From the NCBI GenBank assembly GCA_964188305.1, contig OZ076885.1: a stretch of 64,000 bases of DNA; one strand, written 5' to 3'. Below the pieces are notes generated by a model. That model was not told the origin of the DNA. It saw only the letters and a program-made list of their open reading frames with translations, and made no database searches. This DNA comes from Podarcis bocagei (taxonomy: Eukaryota). Made by a program: the position numbers and the translations under genes. This document shows positions 9,301-22,273 of this stretch, piece by piece. The first letter of the stretch is position 1. Every line of letters begins with the position of its first letter.

Positions 9301-11305
9301 GATCTGGTCCAATCACCTTCTAAATCTGCCCTGCAGACAGTCTGAGAATCAGCGTGTTTTTACATGAGTAGAATGTGGGGCAGATGGCATTCTACAAAGT
9401 AACACTACATGTAAGTTAAATCTTCTTAAATTAGACCTAGCAGGGCAGCAGTTGAAGAAGGAGCAAAAAAGGTTTTCTTGTGTGTGTGTGTTTCTTTGTG
9501 GCTGGTTAGCTGCTTATTTGAGACTGAGGGAGGACTCTTTTTTTGGTAGCTGCACCTAGGCTTTCAAACCAGATTCCAAGGGAAACCCATGTTGTCCCCT
9601 CAGCAGTGACCTTTCAAAAACATCCCCTTTTTAGAAGGGGTTTGGCTGTAAACTGCTGGAATTGGTATTAACTGTAAATACTTGAATTTTTTAAAATTGA
9701 TGCATTGTGTTATTATATCCTGCTGCTGTTTTAATGTTAGGTTGTAAAGTATAATTAAGAATTTTACATGTTTTTGGATAATTTATGTTTTTATTTTCTT
9801 TTGGAAGGTGCTTTGAGCTCTACAGAAAAAAGACAGGATACAAATATTTTAAAATAAATAAATGAAGTGGTATCCTAAAGAAGATTAAATTAGCTACTGA
9901 CCCTCTCAGGTGCTAAGACTGGCAGGAGGGCTTTCTTTGTTCTCTCTCTCTCTCTCTCTCTCTCTCCCTCTCTCCCCCCCCACACTCCTACCCCTGTGTG
10001 CAGGGAATAGTGGCCTGGAAGAGGGCTTTCACTGTGGAACCCCCAAATTGCAGAACTCCCTTTTCATAGAGTTGCATCTAGCATCTTCTTTGTATAGCTT
10101 TTGCTGTACGATGAAGAAACATCACTTTTTCCTGGCTTTTGACAGTTAAGGGGTTTTGATTTATGGGACCTTCTTTTGCTAATTTTGTACTGTTCTGGCA
10201 ATAATGGTTTTACTTGCTTTTATAACCGTAACTGTTTTATCTGTTCCTCTAATTGCCTGTTATACCTTATAAGCAACTGAATAGGTAAATTAAATAGCAT
10301 GTACTCTGTACTCAGCTCTGATCTAACTCCTGGAAAGTTTTGGATTGGTCACCACTAATTTGAGTAGGAAGGCTTTTAAAAACATATGTCATTTGTTTGG
10401 GAGTGAATGTGTATTTTGATAGCTAGCATTTCAATGTTAGTATATCGGAAGCATACAATGAACAATACACCTATATACAGTGTCTTTGTAACATAGCTCT
10501 GTCACACAATATCAAATAATGTTTGATTTTATTAATTATTTCAGCCCATCATGACTGAATATTTATTTTATGGTTCTTTTGCTTAACAATTATACATCAA
10601 AAGGAAATATTTAGATTAGCTAACTGTTCAGTGAAAAAAGTGAGCAAATGCGTGTGCTTGAATAATATTTACAAAAAGTGTGTTATTAGGAAACATTTCT
10701 AAAATGCATGTAAACAGTAGTAAGGCTGAAGTTCTAAATCTCCTGCTATTTTTTATGATTCTCAGCCTTACTCTGAGAGTTGAACTCAAATGTTTTGCTT
10801 AGACATAAATCACACTTATGTCAATAACTCTGATAATGAAGAGTACTCTTGTGGTTACTAACACTGCTGGAACACAGATTTATCTTTGGCTAAAGGGCCA
10901 ATTATTGCTGCTGCTGTTTGCTAAGTGCTTCCAAAGACCCTACTGAGAATCCAAATGTTTCCTCGGTGTATTGAGTTTTGGCAGGTAGAAATCTGTGTGG
11001 AACTCATGCTTCCTCTCCACACACCCAGCAGCCCTCCCTACTAGATTATCATGCCCAACTTTTGAGAGGAAGTAAAAGCATGGCAGCGGAGCAGGTGTTT
11101 GTGTGTTTTTCCATTCAGAACAATGTGTTCCACATTATTTCAACCCCAAGGTGAATTCTAACTCATGGAAATAAATTGGCCTCTGGCACTGGCAGGAAAA
11201 CAAGCAAACAAATTAAAAATAAGGACCAAAAGCATGTGCTCTGCATACAGGGACAATAACTATAAATCTATCCTATGAAAACGATAACAAAAATAAATTG
11301 CATAC

Positions 11306-11429
11306 CATGCTACAAGCACCAGTTGTCGTCTCGCACACTGTAAGGATGGACAGGTTCTGAGGTCTGTTTAACCACCGCACGACAGTTTTAGTATTGCTGA
11401 CCCACTTCACCATCATTATGTAGTATTCT
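11306..11429 (-). CDS. DPP10: DPP10 coding exon (~exon 11), 124 bp, (R)[41 protein letters not shown]
   Basis: Matches recalled DPP10 [40 protein letters not shown]. Acceptor ccatag, donor gtatgc, phase 2 in / 0 out. Confidence 0.96.
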
Positions 11430-11628
11430 CTATGGCAGATACACATTTAAAAATACAGTGGTTATATTGTTCCCACATAAGCTGTGAAATTACATCCTGC
11501 GCACTGCGATAAAGGACACTGATCCATTATTCCACTGAGCATTATACTGGTAACAAACCACATTCCAAGACCGCATTCAGATTCAACATGCAAAACATAC
11601 ATAGTGAAATTATTGTACAGTGACTGTA

Positions 11629-11837
11629 CAGTGGTACCTCTGGTTACGTACTTAATTCGTTCCGGAGGTCCGTTTTTAACCTGAAACTGTTCTTAACCTG
11701 AAGCACCACTTTAGCTAATGGGGCCTCCAACTGCTGCTGCGCTGTTCTCATCCTGAAGCAAAGTTCTTAACCAGAGGCACTATTTCTGGGTTAGCAGAGT
11801 CTGTAACCTGAAGCGTATGTAACCTGAGGTAACACTG
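11629..11837. mobile_element. Tc1/mariner-type MITE, family A copy 1
   Basis: TIR CAGTGGTACCTC / GAGGTAACACTG, TA on both sides, internal TAACCTGAAGC repeats. Near-identical to three other copies. Confidence 0.9.
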
Positions 11838-12859
11838 TACTGTATTTTACAAAACTGACATAACAATTGGTTTACTGGTTACTGGCTGTCATGTTGCTCT
11901 TAACAACTTAAGTTGCCTTATGTTTTACAGTTTTGCTTTAGGTTTTGTAACAAACAGTAGTGTTTTCAGTGATATGAAGTAGTCAGAAATAATGTAAAAT
12001 GCCAAGGACATTCTGCAAACACTCTGTGCAAAAAGGGTAGCCGACAAAGCAGCACAGATACTTGCTCCCATGAAAAAAAAGAAAAGAATAATTATAATCC
12101 CCAGCACTGTATTGCCAAATAGATTGCCTGCCTGCAAACATTTGTAGCTAAATCGGTTTTATCAGTGCTCCAGAAAAATGCTCTCTCCTTCTAAATCCTT
12201 GTTAGATTGCCATGATGAAACTGTTACCAAGACCACCTAGTACAATCTGTCATGTCTAGGCAGTTCAGTACATTATTTGTGGCTACTGACAAACAGCTAT
12301 CACCTATCATACTCTACGAGCAGACTCCTTACCCACCAGACCTTCTATGGGAAATGTGGGCTGTTGAGGAGGCTGCGACACTCAGTGCTAGTACTGGGGG
12401 CGGGGTTAAGGTAAATGAAGGATACGCATCATTGTAACCACATTAAGGTAAGTATCACTCCCAATCCACACACCCCAAAATTTCAGGGAATATCTTCACA
12501 TTTTCTCTCATTTTTACAGGGAATTCCCAATGTTCAGGGGTGTTGACTTTTCACCTTTCTCTTCCACACAAAAGCCTCAGAAACAGCACCCCCCTAATTT
12601 AAGCTACTCTAGGAACCTGGGATGCAATTTTCAAGTACTGTACTGAATGAAGCAAAACTCTATTATCTTATACAATGCTACACAAAAGACAGTGGCTTCA
12701 AGAATGCAACTCTAAGCACATTTTAGATCATAGCATATGGATAACATGACATTAATGTAGTTTTGATTAAATATTCATTATTGTTTTTACTGAAATATAT
12801 ATATGTATATTTCCAAACTGTAGGAATGATGAATCACACTTATGTATAGATATAGGTAT

Positions 12860-12861
<2 letters not shown>

Positions 12862-12942
<81 letters not shown>

Positions 12943-13015
12943 TACAGATGTGCATGCAAAGACTGAGAGATACAGTTCAGAACAGCATAGCTGAATGAAT
13001 GAATGAATGAATGAA
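12862..13015. repeat. Compound microsatellite (CA)n(GA)n, plus (TGAA)n
   Basis: Directly visible: CA/GA runs at 12862-12934 and a TGAA run at 12992-13015. Confidence 0.95.
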
Positions 13016-13408
13016 TTCATAGTTGAATATGCCCTGACATCTGTGGCATTTGGGAATGTTTTACTACCCATTCTACCTGATGTTTAGCTCCTATTTGATT
13101 AGCAATGAACTTTAACAAGTCATCTTTCTATGCATCACATACCATCTCTTTGGGAAAGTATTTTTTGGTGCTTTCCCCCTTTTAATTTGATGATTCAAAT
13201 TGTTTGTATTAAAATGCATTCTAATACATTTATTAGAATAAAAAACTGTCAGAATCCAGCCTGGGTCATCCAAACCCCAGCAGCACAGAGCAAGACCAAG
13301 AAAGAAATCTTAACATACACAGTCATTACAGTAAGGACTGTTTTCAATGTATATACAGTAACACACCATTTCTGTGGAGTGGGGGAAGAAAGGATAGAAA
13401 TTGGACAA

Positions 13409-13410
<2 letters not shown>

Positions 13411-13487
<77 letters not shown>

Positions 13488-13498
13488 TACACACACAC
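13411..13498. repeat. Compound microsatellite (TC)n(AC)n
   Basis: Directly visible. Confidence 0.95.
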
Positions 13499-14882
13499 CA
13501 TATATATGAATGGTTTATACTGCTTTAGAGCAGCAATATTTAGTAACCAGAGCATGATTTCATAGATAAAATGGATTTTCCTAGAAATGTACATGGTCCT
13601 CAAGGCTTCTGTAAAGTAACAGCAGAATGGATTTTTAAACGAGCTCCAACTCAAAAAGAATATATCAAATGCATGGAGCTTTTAGTAAGAATGTATGAAC
13701 CACAGTTTTAAAAACAAGACTGTTGTCACTTTGATCTGCAGCATTCTTGCAATCTTCCAGCTGGTGGGATATTACTTATGTGCCTACACTTGGTTGAAAT
13801 GATTAGAGAAAGCCATGTTTGATAGTCAGAGCCAGAAGGATGAGTTAGAAGCATTTCCAGGTATGGTACAATCAGGTCACATCTACACTATATGTGCACA
13901 TTTCTACCACTTTCACAGGCTTGGCTTCCCTCAAAGAATCCTGGATGGGCTTTACTAAGGTAATGGCTACAGGTTCTAGTTCTGGGATTGGTCAGTTTCC
14001 ATAAAGAACTTTGTGCTTAAAAGGGAAGCATCAATATTCTAGGAATTCTATAAAAAACTTTAATGGAATACAAGCCTATGAGTGGGATTACCAGTTTAAA
14101 GAGAGTGTCAATTTTGGGTATTAAATATGCAAAGAATTATCTGTGTTTCCAAGTAAGAAAAGAGATGGAACAGAAACTGGCAAGCTGTAACTTAGTGGCT
14201 ATAGTCTCCTGATACTGGTTGGCTATGATGTCAAGAGAACCTGAACAGAGGTGGCCATACTCTGTAATGGTCCCTTGTGCAAAATCCTCTTCTTTTTGTG
14301 GGGGAGGCTCCAAATTGAGTTTGATGATATACCTGTATCCAACTACATACCTTCTGATCGGAGGTGAAATATGATTATGAAGAGAAGACGTTTAATTAAA
14401 TATGATGTCTGTGTCTTCACTATGTACTATGTAGAAATCATAGATCCATATTTATATTTAATATTAACTAACATGACAAACCTATATTAGAATAATAATC
14501 TAATTAACACCAGTAACTTTAAATTCGTTCAGTTCGAAATTTAAGGGTATTTGTGAGCTGGGTGGGCCCCTTAGATCCTATGGGCCCCATGCATCTCACA
14601 CCCAGTATGCTGTTTATGACAACCACTAAATCTGGACCAAGTTATTATGCAGAAAGGATTGTACTTCAGTTCCATTGCATTGTAATGCATTGGCCATTAC
14701 AAGCTTTATAATAAAGATACAGTCTATTTAAACCTAAGCTGATAGTCCTGCTGTTTTTTCCAGCTACATGTTACTTCCAGAAAACTGTTGCAGGACTGTT
14801 AACTTAAACCGAGATTAACTTCAATTTATTTGTGCATGTAGAGAGTCACAGATCGTTAATTTTCAGATGACATACTGCTTAC

Positions 14883-14980
14883 CTTGATATAAAGCCATCT
14901 GGTGGCATGAGTTCCAATGTATGTGTTGGTCCATACAGATTGACTACGTATAACTTGACTGTTGGATTCATTTCTCCTGC
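14883..14980 (-). CDS. DPP10: DPP10 coding exon (~exon 10), 98 bp, [32 protein letters not shown](R)
   Basis: Matches recalled DPP10 [28 protein letters not shown]. Acceptor ttttcaaag, donor gtaagc, phase 0 in / 2 out. Confidence 0.96.
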
Positions 14981-16909
14981 CTTTGAAAAGAATGGATGAA
15001 TAAGTGTGATATGTATTTGCAAAGACACAGAGAAGAACCACAGCTGTATGTGAAAATGTTAAAAGATGGATAGCATAGCTAACCAATTGTCATCGAATAC
15101 ATACATTAGTTGAATTCATGTGTCTTAACCAATTGTTGAGAATGCACAACCCTATGCTCCCAGCTATGAGGCCATGAATGACTACATACAAGAAAACATA
15201 TATTCCTGTAGGCCTGGTGGAATGTATTACATATCCAGAGTAAAATGATTTTAAAACATGGATTTTAATCTAAAATGGGGGGAAAGAACAACTGTTATTG
15301 AAAACATTTACTTTCTGGATGGACTATTCTGACTCCTGTCTTTGTAGTTTGGGGAAGATGTGTACTGCATACACAAAACATTGTAAAAGTGGAGATCAGG
15401 CTTTCAAGTTAAGCTGTGTAAAAAGAAAGAAAAACACCTAACCTTAGTTGTCACTTGCTTGCAGCCCAAATATGCTGCTGCCATGGTGTTACTTTGGTGT
15501 GTGTTTTTTTAATCTTCTTCGTCGCTGACTGATTCTAGCTAATCAGGAATTATATAGTGACTGCATTATCAAGGCATCATAGAGCCAATCAGGACCACTT
15601 CACGACACCACTGAGGGCAAATGAATCTCTCAGATTGTCCTTATTCTGATGGGCGATGGATGTGTCATCACTGCTGCAGAAAGCAAGCAGTCTGGCATTC
15701 TTTTCTCATTGCGTATGTGTTTTCACTGAAATAATTCAAGTCATAGATGGCCAGCTGCATGGCAGAATTTGGGCAGAACCTGAATGTGGATGTCATCCAT
15801 ATGCATTTCATTCCTTTCACTGAAATGTCCCTTTGAATGTGTAATGCCACCCCAATAATGTTGCACTGAATCAACTACATATATTATGAGATTAGGATGA
15901 GGGAATGTTGCCTAAACAAGAGGGATGTGTTCTGTTTTCCCTGACACCCATCACCTTGTAAACACTTTTCACAAGGGGATGTCAAAGTTGCTGAAAAGGA
16001 CTGGTGCTTTTTGTATGGGATGAAAGCATTTGTAAAAAGTGCCATGGAAACCCTATTTTGGCTCAGCAGCAGTCATAAATATTCCAGTAGTAATGAAGTA
16101 GAATACTGTACTGCAATAACAAAGTCCTTTGTCAATATTACCAGATCACTAGCTTCATAATTAATTATGGTGAATTGAAAGCTAACAGAAGTATTAAATA
16201 AAGGTAAAGGTTTTATTACCATAATTCTGCAATGCCTGTGATAAATGGAACTAGACTTTCATTTTCTCTTCCCAAAGCTTAATTTTATTGTACAGCTTGT
16301 CTTTAATTTTGTTTTCCTTTTGGCACTATAGAATAAGACATTGCTAAAGAAAACTAACAAAGCGATTCTAGAGATTAATTTTCCTGCTACTGAAAAGAAA
16401 CAGGATATCAACTGATTTATTAAGTAAAAATAGTGTTGCCATTCAGCTGTAGGCACTGTCATATCATTTAACAATTTAATTTAGTTAAATGGAATAATTG
16501 TAACTGTCAAACAGATCCTATTACACGATAATATTATTAACTTGTTATGTTTATATTAGTTTTTATTTATGATTTACTAATATTGATAGGTGAATTCAAA
16601 TATTCACAGCAAAAAAAATCCTTGAAATCTTGCTGATCCAAATGCTTGTAAAAAATACCCAAACCCTCCTGATGTGCATCATATGTAGTTATATTAATAT
16701 ATTATGTTGTCCTATACTAAACAAAAGAGCTTTAATCCAGAAAAGAACAAAGCTTTTGTAGCTTTTTGAAAAAACAGTGTGTACAGTAATTTCTGTAAAA
16801 ATCATGACAACAAAAAATGGCTTCCTTTCCTTTCTGAAATAACTGTTTTGGTAACACTGAACACTATACCTTATGCAAGTAATGAAGATTGTATGTAAAG
16901 TTTCCTTAC

Positions 16910-17064
16910 CTTTGGATAAGGGTACTGTTTTCCTCTGGGATACAGGAATCCAGTAAACCGGGGAATAACCATGTTTGGTACCAATGAGTCGTTTATCATA
17001 AGAAATGCCAGCCTCTCTCCATCAGGTGACCACCAGTGAGTTATGTGAGAATGAAGGAGCTCCT
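16910..17064 (-). CDS. DPP10: DPP10 coding exon (~exon 9), 155 bp, (E)[51 protein letters not shown]
   Basis: Carries the DPP4-family WWSPDG and YPYPK motifs, and the residues fit DPP10 rather than DPP6 or DPP4. Acceptor ccccccag, donor gtaagg, phase 1 in / 0 out. Confidence 0.97.
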
Positions 17065-17737
17065 CTGGGGGAGGGGAGGGAAAATGTTCTTAAAACCCAT
17101 GAAATTAACAATTTTCATATATAATTCAGATCCCAATCTGAGGGAATAATCCCAATCAACTGGCTGCCCACAACAGCTTCACTTTCTCCACTGTCGTCTA
17201 AAGTCTGACTGAAGATTGCTTTATATACACATTTTGCTGCTGTTGGCAAACTTCCTACTGTTAAAAATAAATCAAACAGAGCAAATAGACAATGCTACAT
17301 TATTTTGTACCAGTTAGGCCATAGCACAGCCAGGAGGCTGTGATTTTGTATATTCAACTATAGATTAGTACTGTTTTGAAATCTGTTCTTCAATATCTCA
17401 AAAAAATATATTTTTTTTATTGCAAAAAGGCTTTTCTTTTCCTTTTTTGTAGATCTCATTCTCAGAATACTTAGAATTTCTGTGATTGTGGGGTTTCAGC
17501 TTACTTTATTCTTTCGAGCTGACCCAAGGTGGTGTGTCTGTTTCCTCTCCAGTAAACCTTTCTGCAGTCTCCTTAGCTGCTCACACTTCCTGATCTGAAA
17601 ACACTCAATTGGAGGAGTAACCTCATGATATCTTTACCTAGTCTTCATCTGTGGAAAGCTGGAGAGGCTGCAGAGTGAAGACCACTGGTGGGATGATTTA
17701 ATGAATGAAAGAAACAGACACCTGAGAATTTCATTGA

Positions 17738-17739
<2 letters not shown>

Positions 17740-17796
<57 letters not shown>
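17740..17796. repeat. Compound microsatellite (CT)n(AT)n
   Basis: Directly visible. Confidence 0.95.
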
Positions 17797-18405
17797 GAAG
17801 TGGCTGTATCTCCTTCGATAGTCTTGTGAAAAATATAAATTGAGATGCTGCAGGAAGAAATGTAAAATGCCAACAGCTTTTTAGCTGCCTTGCATGAACC
17901 ACAATTTCTAATGCTTGTCTTTCTAACCACAGATTACTTCCAGGGCACTGTTGGGTCCCTTATTATTCTGCATCCCTATATTTATTTGTATCAGAATAGT
18001 TATATGCAACCAAAGTATAATATTTGTGATGCAATGCAAAACTAATAGTCATATTTATAAGTTGAGCATAATCATATACAATTTCTGCAAATATGCCAAT
18101 GAAAAATAGGTGGAGTAATTTTCAGGGCTGTTATGCAAAAGAATGTATGTTCTTGTTCTGTTCCCTTCCCCATACAATAGTTTTCTTCTTGAAACAAGGA
18201 AATAAGAAGGATTTTGACAATTTAAATGATCACAAACAAAAGCTTATATATAGGCATCCCTTTGTTATAATGCAGACAATTTTGCAAGAAAACATTAAAA
18301 AGAAAAATCAACAGCATTGTCCTATAATGAACAGATTGTTCTCAGAAAAATTGAATGCATGTATGTCCTCTGCATTTCTAATAAAGTTGCATCTGTGCAA
18401 TTTAC

Positions 18406-18526
18406 CTTCATATAACCAGTCTGCAATTCCGTTAAATACAATTCCTTCTTTTCCAGACGATGTTAGTCGCAATGAGCTACTCTTTACATCAGGCTGGTAG
18501 TAGATGTTATTTTCAAAAATGTAAAT
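18406..18526 (-). CDS. DPP10: DPP10 coding exon (~exon 8), 121 bp, IYIFENNIYYQPDVKSSSLRLTSSGKEGIVFNGIADWLYE(E)
   Basis: Carries the DPP4-family NGIADWLYEEE motif. Acceptor atttag, donor gtaaat, phase 0 in / 1 out. Confidence 0.97.
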
Positions 18527-19941
18527 CTAAATTAAGTAAGAGGGGGAAAGGTTTAATGCAGAAGCTAATGAATATTTTCAAGTTCAGTGACAGGGGAAAA
18601 ATATGCAGTTTAATATTTTGTACTGTAAAGGATAACTCTTTCTAGTTTTCCACCAGCCATTTCCTTCCATTTACTGCTTTTTATTGTGATGTAGATTCCA
18701 GACATTACCAGAATGTGGAAATGGATAGAAGCTGAATAACGCACATTCACATTCACCCTGTTGACCCTCTCACAACTCCAAAATATTCTCATTCATCTAC
18801 ATAGCAAATGTTGTTTTGCTTCATGCTGTTCCTGAGAGGGACCAAGATAGTAGGCTGTATGCTGAAATAGGACTGAAATTGAAGGACATAGCTGATATCC
18901 ACAAGCTAAAGCTTATTTTGCTATTTCATCGTCTCTATATTCTAGTTTTCTGGAAGTCCTACAACCTGTGTTACAGCCACCCAGCTGTGTCAGCTGTCCT
19001 GCTGTCATTGTTGGACCATAAATATTCAATCTGTTAGTGGAGCTGAGAGTTGTTAGTGCACAGTAGACCTAATGCACTTTACAGTTTAGTTGCTGAATAT
19101 CCCGCCCCTCTGTGAGCTGGGCCCAGCAAATCCCCTCAGAACCCACCTCACCAGAGCAGCTCCCTCTGCCTCTCCCTCCCTTGCAGCTGGGCTCCAGCTC
19201 CAACCACGTCACAGTGGAGTGACCCAGCAGCGAAATGTGTAGCCCCACAAGAAACAGGAAGGGAAGGGAGAATGTGCAGTCATTTCCTAACCTCGCCCCA
19301 TGATGTGCTCGGCTTTCCCTCTATGCCCTTGCCACCCAAGATCAGTTCCTCCTCTCCAGATATCTGGTAAACATATCCATTCATAATTATATTTATTAAT
19401 CTACCTGTGCTTTTTTCTAGAAAAAGGTGCCAATACTGTGTACCAGCACATACCGCCAGAAAAAAGAACTGGTCCCACATATATGACTTTTTAGTTACCA
19501 TTCAAATTCCAGGGTCCACCAGCCACCATATGCATATAAATTGATTTGATGCATGTGTTCTTGTTGTTTTGCTCTCTCTCTGTATACTTTTAAAAAATGT
19601 ATTTATGGAAATTTTGTAACTGTTTATATGTTTTCATTATATTGTAATTCGCTTTCGGATGCCTCGTGTGAAGAGAATCATAAATGAAATAAGCATATAT
19701 CTCCAATATGGATACTAGCACTCCAAACCAGAACTGTGAATTCTCATTTCAGAATAAAAAACTATAGTTCCACACAGGCATTTGACACTGTGTACACAGT
19801 ATACACAAAGGGTTGTATACTGGATCCCTTATGGACAGGCCATGAAGTGTTACAGCATTAGACCAAAAATGGTGGTCCTCTAATAAGTGGCTATTTTTTC
19901 CTAGGTTTTTAAAAACATTTATTCCTTCCCTTATTCATTTA

Positions 19942-20645
19942 CTGTATATACTCGAGTATAAGCCGACTTTTTCAGCACATTTTTAATGCTGAAAAAGCCC
20001 CCCCATGGCTTATACTCGAGTGAGGCCGGTGGCAGCGGTGGCGGAGGGACGAGCAGCCCGAAAGGAGCCCTTTCTCACTGCTGGTCCCGCCACCGCCGCC
20101 CGCCTCTCGCAAGAGCAGGCACAGGAGCCATGGTTGGGAGAGGTGCTGCGCTGCACTGTGCCTCTCCCAACCGCGGCTCCTATGCCTGTTCTTGCGAGCA
20201 GCAGAGGCAGCAGCGGAGGGACGAGCAGCCCAAAAGGAGCCCTTTTGGGCTGCTCCTTCCTCCTCCACCGCCTTTGCTGCCACCACCAGGTTTGTGGTGT
20301 GGTGAACCGGCATATACTCAAGTCAGTAAGTTTTCTCAGTTTTTTCTGCTAAAATTAGGTGCCTTAGCTTATATTCGGGTCAGCTTATACTTGATACAGT
20401 GGTACCTCGGGTTAAGTACTTAATTCGTTCCGGAGGTCCGTTCTTAACCTGAAACTGTACTTAACCTGAAGCACCACTTTAGCTAATGGGGCCTCCTGCT
20501 GCCACTGCGCCACCAGAGCACGATTTCTGTTTTTATCCTGAAGCAAAGTTCTTAACCTGAAGCACTATTTCTGGGTTAGCGGAGTCTGTAACCTGAAGCG
20601 TATGTAATCTGAAGTGTATGTAACCTGAGGTAACACTGTACAAGG
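19942..20645. mobile_element. Non-autonomous Tc1/mariner (pogo/Tigger-like) element with GC-rich core
   Basis: Left end TA-CTGTATATACTCGAGTATAAGCCGAC. The degenerate inverted right end GTCAGCTTATACTTGA..TA[MITE]TACAAGG-TA is interrupted by the family A MITE. Confidence 0.7.
20397..20638. mobile_element. Tc1/mariner-type MITE, family A copy 2 (nested in another element's right TIR)
   Basis: Same TIRs and body as the other copies, TA TSD. Confidence 0.9.
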
Positions 20646-21344
20646 TATCTTACAGTCTCTTACTATTTTATTCTCTTTTGGACTCAAAGTTACTCATTAA
20701 AGTTGTCCTTTCCTATGTGCTTGCAAACAGCAGCCACAAACAGCTGTGTTTCCACAGAACTTAATTACTTTTTATAATTAATTTCATAACAGAAAAGAAC
20801 ATACTAGCGATAGTGTAAAAAACAATGCACTTCTGATACTTTAAAAATACACAGGTATCTATCACTATAATCAGTTTAGGAGAACACAAAACCTTCTCAT
20901 CGTTACACATAACAGTATGACCTTTGCTTCTTCACCTCAAACACTCAGGGCTTCTGGGGCACAGCACTCCCACAGAGAATGTCAAGCAATTTTGGTTTAA
21001 AGAAACATGCCCCCTAAAGCTCAAAGCAATACACTCTTTCCTATCTCACACACACATTTTATACTTTTATTTGAACATTTCTATCAATCTATTGTTCTCT
21101 GGCCAATCAGGTCTATACAGCACTCAGTGTATCCAAATCCCAAAGTACAGAATGACCCAATTTCTAAACAAGAGGAATGTATTTAGAAGGACTTTAAATG
21201 ATTTCAACTTTTTAATAAATCCATGAGAGGCACTGTTAAATAAATGAGAGGACTGTTAAATCAGTAGTTCTACAAATATTAAATAAAAGAAGTGACAGCA
21301 TCCAGTTTTAGGAAAGATGTGAAACTCATGTAATAATTAAAATA

Positions 21345-22273
21345 CAGTGGTACCCCGCAAGACGAACGCCTCGCGAGACGAAAAACTCGCAAAACGAAAG
21401 GTTTTTTCGTTTTCGAGTTGCCTCGCAAGACGAATTTCCCTATGGGCTTGCTTAGCAAAACGAAGCTTGCCCCGGGGACAGCGGGTCTTCCCTTTTGAAG
21501 CAAGGGGCGGCGGGGAGAAGCGATCTTCTCCCCGCAGCCCCAGGTCCGGGGACAGCAGGAAGCGCTTCCCGCTGCCCCCGGACCTCTTTTGAAGCAAGGG
21601 GCTGCGGGGAGATCGCTTCTCCCCACCTGCCCCCACCGCCCGGCTTTGGAACGCTGCTCCGAAGCGGGGCGGGGGGGAGGGAACACCTGCCCCAGCCGCC
21701 CCGCTTCGGAACGCTGCTCCGAAGCGGGGCGGGGGGGAGGGAACACCTGCCCCCACCGCCCGGCTTCGGAACGCTGCTCCGAAGCAGGGCGGGGGGGAGG
21801 GAACACCTGCCCCAGCCGCCCCGCTTCGGAACGCTGCTCCGAAGCGGGGCGGGGGGGAGGGAACACCTTCTGAAGGCGGGCGGGGGGCGAAAGTCTTTGT
21901 CCCCCCTGCCTGCCTTCCCAGGGGCTTTTAAATCACCCCGGACAGCGGAGAAGTCCTCCGCTGTCCCGGGGCGATTTTAAAATGCCGCCCGCCAGCATTT
22001 TAAGATCGCCCGGACAGCGGAGAAGTCCTCCACTGTCCCGGGGTTTTTTAAAATGCTGGGGGTGGGAAGAAAAGCCCTTGTCCCCCCCCCCCAGCCTTCA
22101 GAAGAGGTCCGGGGACAGACTGTCCCCGGACCTGGTCTGAAGGCGGTTTCCCTAGGAACGCATTAATTGATTTTCAATGCATTCCTATGGGAAACCGTGC
22201 ATCGCAAGATGAAAAACTCGCAAGACGAAGAGACTTGCGGAACGAATTAATTTCGTCTTGCGAGGCACCACTG
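21345..22273. mobile_element. Non-autonomous Tc1/mariner-type element, CpG-rich and young
   Basis: 22-bp TIRs CAGTGGTACCCCGCAAGACGAA / TTCGTCTTGCGAGGCACCACTG (20/22 match), TA TSD, subterminal CTCGCAAGACGAA repeats, no transposase ORF. Confidence 0.9.
21624..21868. repeat. 60-bp GC-rich minisatellite, about 4 units, each a hairpin
   Basis: Unit CACCTGCCCCAGCCGCCCCGCTTCGGAACGCTGCTCCGAAGCGGGGCGGGGGGGAGGGAA recurs at exact 60-nt period. Confidence 0.95.

Noticed and set aside
19972-20423. ORFs of 103-145 aa on both strands
   Set aside because: They lie in the GC-rich interior of a non-autonomous transposon and are low complexity.
21624-21868. CRISPR-like array of palindromic repeats
   Set aside because: There are no unique spacers and no cas genes, and the context is eukaryotic. 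It is a plain tandem repeat.
21279-21980. Overlapping 81-195 aa ORFs with repeated peptides
   Set aside because: They come from the GC-rich 60-bp minisatellite (a multiple of 3, stop-poor) and show no transposase or other domain.
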